The translations under genes were made by a program, and so were the position numbers. DNA of 64,000 nucleotides from Flectonema sp. DT1601 (taxonomy: Eukaryota): contig OZ025788.1 of the NCBI GenBank assembly GCA_964019425.1, positions 992,001 through 1,056,000 of the forward strand. The letters run 5' to 3'. Each line of letters starts with the position of its first letter. Within the stretch, counting starts at the first letter, position 1. This document shows positions 57,787 through 64,000 of the stretch, one piece after another. The notes under the pieces are model-generated. The model was not told where the DNA came from, searched no databases, and saw nothing but the letters and a program-made list of their open reading frames with translations.

Positions 57787-60711
57787 TTAACGTCCCATGC
57801 GGCCGGCAGGGAAATCCCGAGGGTCAGCAGACAGAGCGCCTGCAGACGGATCAGCATGGCGGCTGCCACCTACTCCAATTACTTGGAAGGTTAAAACGTC
57901 TTCAGATTTGAACCATCCATACAACTGATCAGTAAGTTGAGGGAATGCGTATCTTTTCTTGTAGTTAAACATTGGGTCAGTGCTTCCCTTAATTTCGCTC
58001 GACTTATAGAATTCCTTCTCTCCCCACTTAAATATATACTTACAGTGAACACTTCCGGAGAATGGCTTTGGAATTCCCTTTGCCTGAATTACATCAACGA
58101 CGAAATCCATACGACCGTCATCAGGCTTTGGCTGACCCTTCTTTGCTTCATAATTGTAGATGTGAACGATCAACTGTGGTGGGCAGAGGGGATCGATCTG
58201 AATGGCAGCATCGCACTGTTGGTTTTGTTATTTTATTAATAAACGTGAATGAATTACTACAATAAATCGTAATAAAAATATCAACACTGAGACATACCTC
58301 AAGAGGAAGAGTGTGGTATTTTGAAGGACTGTTTCCAGACACCAAGAACTTAAGTGATATCGAAGCACGGCCGACGAACATCTGTTTTTGTTTGTTATGA
58401 GAGGTTGGTCTTCTTCAAAAAAGAAAACTAATATGAATAAAAAGCACATACTGAGCCACTACCTCCCTGGGTAAGTTGTTCATCAGTTGGCCTGCTTGAT
58501 GATGGCATACTTCCAATGTTGCTGCTGAAGACGTCAGCTCTTGGAGTGGCCATGGCGGAACCAATAGCTTCACCCTTTTGTTGTTGCTTAAGAGTGTTAA
58601 TTTGTGCCTGAATCTTCTGTGCTTCAGCAAAGTCTTCCTGTGCGATAGCACATGCGCGAGCTGCCATCAAATCGTTGATAGAAACTTGAGGAGTAGATTG
58701 CTGTGCTTTAATCTCTTCATTCAATCTTTGAGCCTCTGCGAAGTCTTCATTATCTATCGCACGTTTCTTTGCCTGCATTAATTCTTCGATGGTGGAACCA
58801 GCATCAACACTGACCTTTTTAATACCTCCTTCATTTCCTGTTCCAATCCATGCACGGGATGCAGACTTACCCTGTTTGTGAGATTTATTTATTAATACAT
58901 TTGAAAAGAATGAGATGAAATAGGTCAATTGATCGTTAGGAAGTACATACCGTGGCGGTCTCCCAAAGCTGGTTGAAAGACTTCTTTCTAACGAAGGAGC
59001 CTGATGACTCAATCTTGTTACGCCAGTCCAAACCTGTTTGTGGATTGTTATAATTTCAAATAAACATAAAAGTGGTTTTAAATAAATACGAAGACTGCAT
59101 ACGTCTCAATCTTTCTTCTGCAGAGAGTGATTTGTCATCAACCATATCCTGAATGGCAGATTGCTTCTTTCCACCCATTCCTTCTGGTGAAGGGGTACGT
59201 AGGTGAGAACTGCTGGTCTTCGCTTTGCCCATTGGAGGTGGAGCTCCTGCACCTGATGCGCCTGTTAAAACATTTTGAGTTTCGAGTTCCTTCATCAGAC
59301 GAGCAACCTTCGCCTTCTCCGCATCCAATTCGATACGAAGCTGATCAGCAACTTCACTTGTGAGACCGGCAGCGATAGTCGCACGCAGATCGACTTCAAC
59401 CTGTTCCTTCTCTGACAACTTGGCTTCAAGTTCAGCATTTGCCGTGCGAAGGTCTTCCAGTTCCTCAGCAAGTAGCACATTTGCTTCCTTTGCCAATTCC
59501 TTAGCGCGCTCCTGCGCCTTGTCGTTTGCTTCAGCTAATTGGTCTGTTAATTTAGCGATCGTCCTCTCTAACTCTTTGTTCATTTGACGCTGTTCTCCAA
59601 GTTCGAGTTGACGAGCCATTCTATTTTGCTCAGCCGAGTTGGTGATGTTCTTGGCGTTAGCAGCGTAGTCCAGAGTACTCTTTGTTTCAACCATGTTGTA
59701 TGGGGAAGCACTGCATGTTGCAATCATCCAAGTCTTTGAGTTACCTCCAAATGATTCCTTTAGTAATCTAGTCAGCTTTGAATCTCTCAAAGGAACGTGA
59801 GCAGATGCACCCTTCTCTCCGAAGGCGTGGATAGCACGACCAAGCATGAGAAGAGATTTGTTGATGTTCTTCGCTTCAATAAGTGTTTCACCCTCAGCAC
59901 CAGTCTTATCTTGACGCTCAGAACCAGCTAAGTCAACAATGTATAAAAGAGCTTCAGTGTCAGGCTTTGAAGCAGAAGGTGGATCGTATGTCACCTTAAT
60001 CCTCAACATAACAATACTGTGACTTCTCGAAGACACTTCGTTCATCTTAGTAGCGGCAGTTTCACGACGTTCATTACCAATCAAAAGATGCTTAATAATT
60101 TGATCACAGGTGATACACTTCTTCCATGAAAGACCCTCAACGAAAGGCTTATGTTTAGCATCCTCACGAACTTCTAAGTTGTTAGCTTTACCTCCAATCT
60201 TTGGGACGAGAAGATCTCTGATTTGCTCGTTATAAATTTCAAGGTATGCCATATCAACACTGGTGTTGGCTGTACTGTCTTCGTCAACAAGGTTGGTAAC
60301 ATTCTCGATAAGATATTCAGCAACACGTGGAGTCAGTCCCTTGTGCTTCTCAATATCATAATCTTGACCTTGGCGGACACCTGCACCAGGAAGACCCTGG
60401 ATTGTATAAGTTTTGCCAGATCCAGTCTGACCGTATGTGAATAAGGTCACATTGTATCCTTGCATCGCTGTGTCAACCATCGGCCGTCCAATTTTCTCAA
60501 AAACATCAATCTGTTCAGCAGTTGTCGTGAAGACGGTATCAAAACTGAAAGACTTCTCTCCTCTCCTACCATCCGGATCCTTAGCAATGATCTCACCAAA
60601 CTCAGAGTCGATAGTCAGACAGTCTCTGTTATCTCCTCCATCAGTTTTTGTGTGAGGTCGGACACGAATGGCAACGTTCACATTGTCCGACGCTTTCTTC
60701 TTTGCCGGCAT
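57787..60711 (-). CDS. N-terminal-motor kinesin (kinesin-3-like) with coiled coil, two UVR-like motifs and C-terminal C2 domain, 5 exons
   Basis: VAIRVRP, YGQTGSGKT, YLEIYNE, NEVSSRSH, VDLAGSER, HVPLRDSKLTRLL. Introns 59034-59102, 58872-58950, 58382-58451 and 58216-58297 link four downstream exons in frame. Confidence 0.88.
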
Positions 60712-62445
60712 CCTGGAGCTGCTGAAGGGTAGAAATAATAAAAATATAAACACGACAAGTGACAAGTGATAACCAAATTAATCGATCAATATTGTATAGA
60801 AGCTGAAAGAAGAATTGTTGTAATCTTTTAGAATATTCTTTTTATTTTATGAAGGAAAACTAATCACAGACTACAAGAAGCGAGTTCTGTTTTCTCATCT
60901 GAATTGTCTCAAATGTGAATAAACAGAAATGTCGGAACAGAAAACAGAGAACGGCACGCAGGGGGATTACAAGGTAATTTAAGTGGCGCCACTCTCTTTT
61001 TCTGACGGCGTCGATTGTTTCTTTCTTTTTTGTTATTATTTTTGTTATTCTTTTTGATATAATTATCACTACAAGAAACCTTATTCTGTTTTTCTGGTTT
61101 TTTTTTTTTTTTTTTTTTTTGTCTTTATCAACCAGCTTTCCGTTTACAGACACTGTTACTTGTTTTTTACCTAAACAGTGAGCATGAACAGAACTTCGCC
61201 TTTACATAAGGGATTTCCCAAAGTTATTGTAATTGTGATTGCTTTTAGTTGTTGTTGTTTTACTTCTTTCATTCTGTTCAATGCGTTATTTTCTTTTATT
61301 TTTCATTCAAAACCTAACAAAGAAAAAAAAAAAGGGGGGGAAAAAAATGAAAAAAATACAGAACGCGAACAAACAGTTCGCTTGGAGGAGGGGAAGAGGC
61401 ACACAAAATAAATTTAGTTTTAACGCAGAGATTAGTATTCCCGCAGGTAATTAAAAAAAAGAATAAAGAATAAAGAATAAAGAATAAATACAGTGATACA
61501 CACGGGAACAGGATCCGTACAGGACCCTTAACAACTACTCCCGCAGGTGTTTATTAAAATAATTAATTTATTACTGTTTGAAGTGTCCAGTTAAAACACA
61601 AACTCCTTTTTTTCGATACTTTCGGAGTCAATTATCTCCAATGGATGTCAATGGTAACAGTGTTGTGGATGAACCAAAGGTAACTACAGTAGCTGACCGC
61701 CTTTGGTTACTCCACTTTTTTTTTTTTTTTAAATATAAATATCATCGCCTTTCAGTAATTTCAATTACACAAAATAAAATAATTCAAACAACTCCAACGA
61801 CAGCCATCAATTTTTTTTTTTTCTGTTTTTTTAATTCCAACTTCCAGCAAAAAAAGCAGGGCAAAAAAAAAAAAAAAAAAAACAACAACATTACAACAAA
61901 GAGTCAATAAAATCTATCAGAGCCAATCATGGAGGCAGTTCGCACTACGTAGACATATGCATTGAGGAAATTAATTGAAGCCACGGAGAATTTTTTTTTT
62001 TTACTACCCGCACAAAGCTCCATAAGAAAAGGTTGTAGTCTGAAGAAATAAAGTGAGGGAGAGGACGCGGGATAATGAAGTTAACATCGTTCCTAATGAC
62101 GAGTAAAAAACTTCACATTTGTTAAGAGAAAAAAAAATCATAGTACAAATACTAAGTTATTTTATTTAGGGTAAAGCTACTGACAAGTTACGGTGAAGTT
62201 GCATGTGCGTTACGCAGCACTCGCAATCTTCAACACCATTGTTAACGTTCAGAGGAATAAAAAGAAAAAGGGGGAAGATGAAGTTGTTTAGGTTTGATTT
62301 ATAGCCCATACAATTCTCCAACATCTTAAAGAGGGAACAGAAAAACACACAACACAATAAATAATAATAAACATTAAAAAGAAAAGCCCATCACCAGGGG
62401 GGGGCTTTATAATATAAAACAGGAGAGTTATTATAAAGAAGTGTT

Positions 62446-63294
62446 TTAAGCAGAACACAATTCATATCTGTCGGCAATATCTCTCATTCCCTCAATTGTA
62501 GTCCACATGATAATCACAAAGGGTAAAGTACGTGCCATTTCTGCCCGACCTCCTTTCCAGAGACCTGCAAGACCACCAGAACGTACTTGATTTGAAATAA
62601 GTATTGAGGGAGAGTTAGTCTTTGTGACCTGAAGCTGTCTTCGAATAACATCAAATGGATAAACAGTTAGAGAGGATACTCCTGATATAACTGAAGCAAA
62701 CACTACTGAATATTGTTTTGAGAAGTATGTTGAAAAATAATCTCGAGAAGTTTCATACACAGTCATTTGAAGAGCTACTTCTGGTACCTTTTGAAACACT
62801 GAGACACCCATCCCTTTATAAAAACCAGACACACCAAAATTCGATACGATTGACTTCGCAATTGACGCGACTGATCGACGAGCTCCAACCGACATGTGAG
62901 TTCTTAATATGTCAAGAGGGTAAGTAAATACCACCGCTCCTGCTCCTGCAACACATCCTGAAATAGCCCTATCGGTAGGTGTTAACGTTTGAATTTTTCG
63001 ATGAGAAAGCAGAAGCTGTTTCGATTTTTCATAAAGTAAAAATGAACAACCAGAATAAGGAACTCTATGAAGTATTGTGATTAGGTTCCCTCTCCATAAA
63101 CTTCGAAGACCTTCAGAATTTGATATTCTTCTCAACGACGTTATTATTTTACTTTCATTAACTTCGTTCAGTTGTTGCATTATAACCAAACGTTGAATGG
63201 GAGCTGTCGCTGTTTTTGCTGCTCCACCACCTGCTCCACCGCTCATCAAATCGAACCAAACTGGTCGCTTTCTCTCTGCGATAGAGACAGTCAT
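62446..63294 (-). CDS. Mitochondrial carrier, adenine-nucleotide/CoA carrier-like
   Basis: KTATAPIQRL, LWRGNLITILHRVPYS, TYPLDILRT, VYPFDVIRRQLQ. ATG at 63294. Confidence 0.85.
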   Translation of the reverse strand: MTVSIAERKRPVWFDLMSGGAGGGAAKTATAPIQRLVIMQQLNEVNESKIITSLRRISNSEGLRSLWRGNLITILHRVPYSGCSFLLYEKSKQLLLSHRKIQTLTPTDRAISGCVAGAGAVVFTYPLDILRTHMSVGARRSVASIAKSIVSNFGVSGFYKGMGVSVFQKVPEVALQMTVYETSRDYFSTYFSKQYSVVFASVISGVSSLTVYPFDVIRRQLQVTKTNSPSILISNQVRSGGLAGLWKGGRAEMARTLPFVIIMWTTIEGMRDIADRYELCSA

Positions 63295-64000
63295 ATTTTG
63301 TGAAAAGAATAAAACACCAACTTGACATAAAAAAGAAATAATATACAACGAGAGAGGTCCAACCGAAAAAAGTAGAATCACTATAAAGAAACCTGACTCA
63401 CAACAGGTTTTTGCGTGCCATAAGAAAAGAGTAAAATATCTGGCAAGGTTAGATAACCGTTTGAATTTATGAAATACAACTACACACAATGAATTATGGT
63501 AATGCTTTAGCCTTTTGAAGTAACTTTTAGGTTTTGAGAGTAGTACCAATCTCAATAAAACATATTAGGCAAGGGGAGAGTGATACTCCGCAACAATGAG
63601 AATCTGTAACTCAGAAATCCATATCCGATAGCAATGAAAAGTATTGAAACAAGAAAAAAAAAAGAAAACCAAACCAAAACTATTATAATATAACACAGTT
63701 ATAGGGTGAACAGGATAGGAGGTACCCCCTTTTTGTTAAACAGACCTGGTGACTAGCAGTCATTCACCGAAATGGTGTACTTAAAAAAAAAACAAATGAG
63801 AAATAAACTCATATAAACTCTCAAAGAGAGAACGCAGACAAGGCACATGTTCTGTAATTCCATAACTACTTTGTGACTAACAAACCCTTCGTTAGCTCTA
63901 AGGACGTTGAGGATTTGTTACCTAAGATGAGTAGGCTGATTGTTCTCCAAAGACAGAGTGAACATAACAATTAAAATGTTGGAGTTAAATACGAAAGAAA

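Overview
AT-rich eukaryotic nuclear DNA with many poly(A)/poly(T) runs. All ~22 supportable protein genes lie head-to-tail on the minus strand, some only ~100-200 bp apart. Many start codons have a polypyrimidine-AG site just upstream, and there are short (46-110 nt) GT-AG introns. This looks like a polycistronic, trans-spliced gene cluster of a euglenozoan, most likely diplonemid-like (inference). In coordinate order: partial coiled-coil protein, tRNA-Asn(GTT) on the + strand, ABCB6/HMT1-like half transporter, acylated tandem-Tudor protein, ribosomal-L1-domain protein, eIF3L, a disrupted C-type-lectin/mucin gene, two paralogous type-I membrane proteins, HAD nucleotidase, GH27 glycosidase, Patched/NPC1-like protein, SARAF-like protein, YHM2-like carrier, flavocytochrome b2 fusion, SLC49-like MFS transporter, RSPH14-like protein, PGM2, BART-domain protein, a small ORF, a giant multi-PH-like protein, a kinesin, and a second mitochondrial carrier. 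The most notable finding is one open frame fusing cytochrome b5 and an FMN alpha-hydroxy-acid dehydrogenase to a bacterial SdhC(b558)-type dihaem membrane anchor, a candidate self-contained lactate:quinone oxidoreductase. Second is a striking split between A-rich cis-intron acceptors and pyrimidine-rich putative trans-splice acceptors. Third is a diverged ~130-bp hairpin-plus-poly(A) element present twice. All family assignments come from motif recognition by eye, not database searches.
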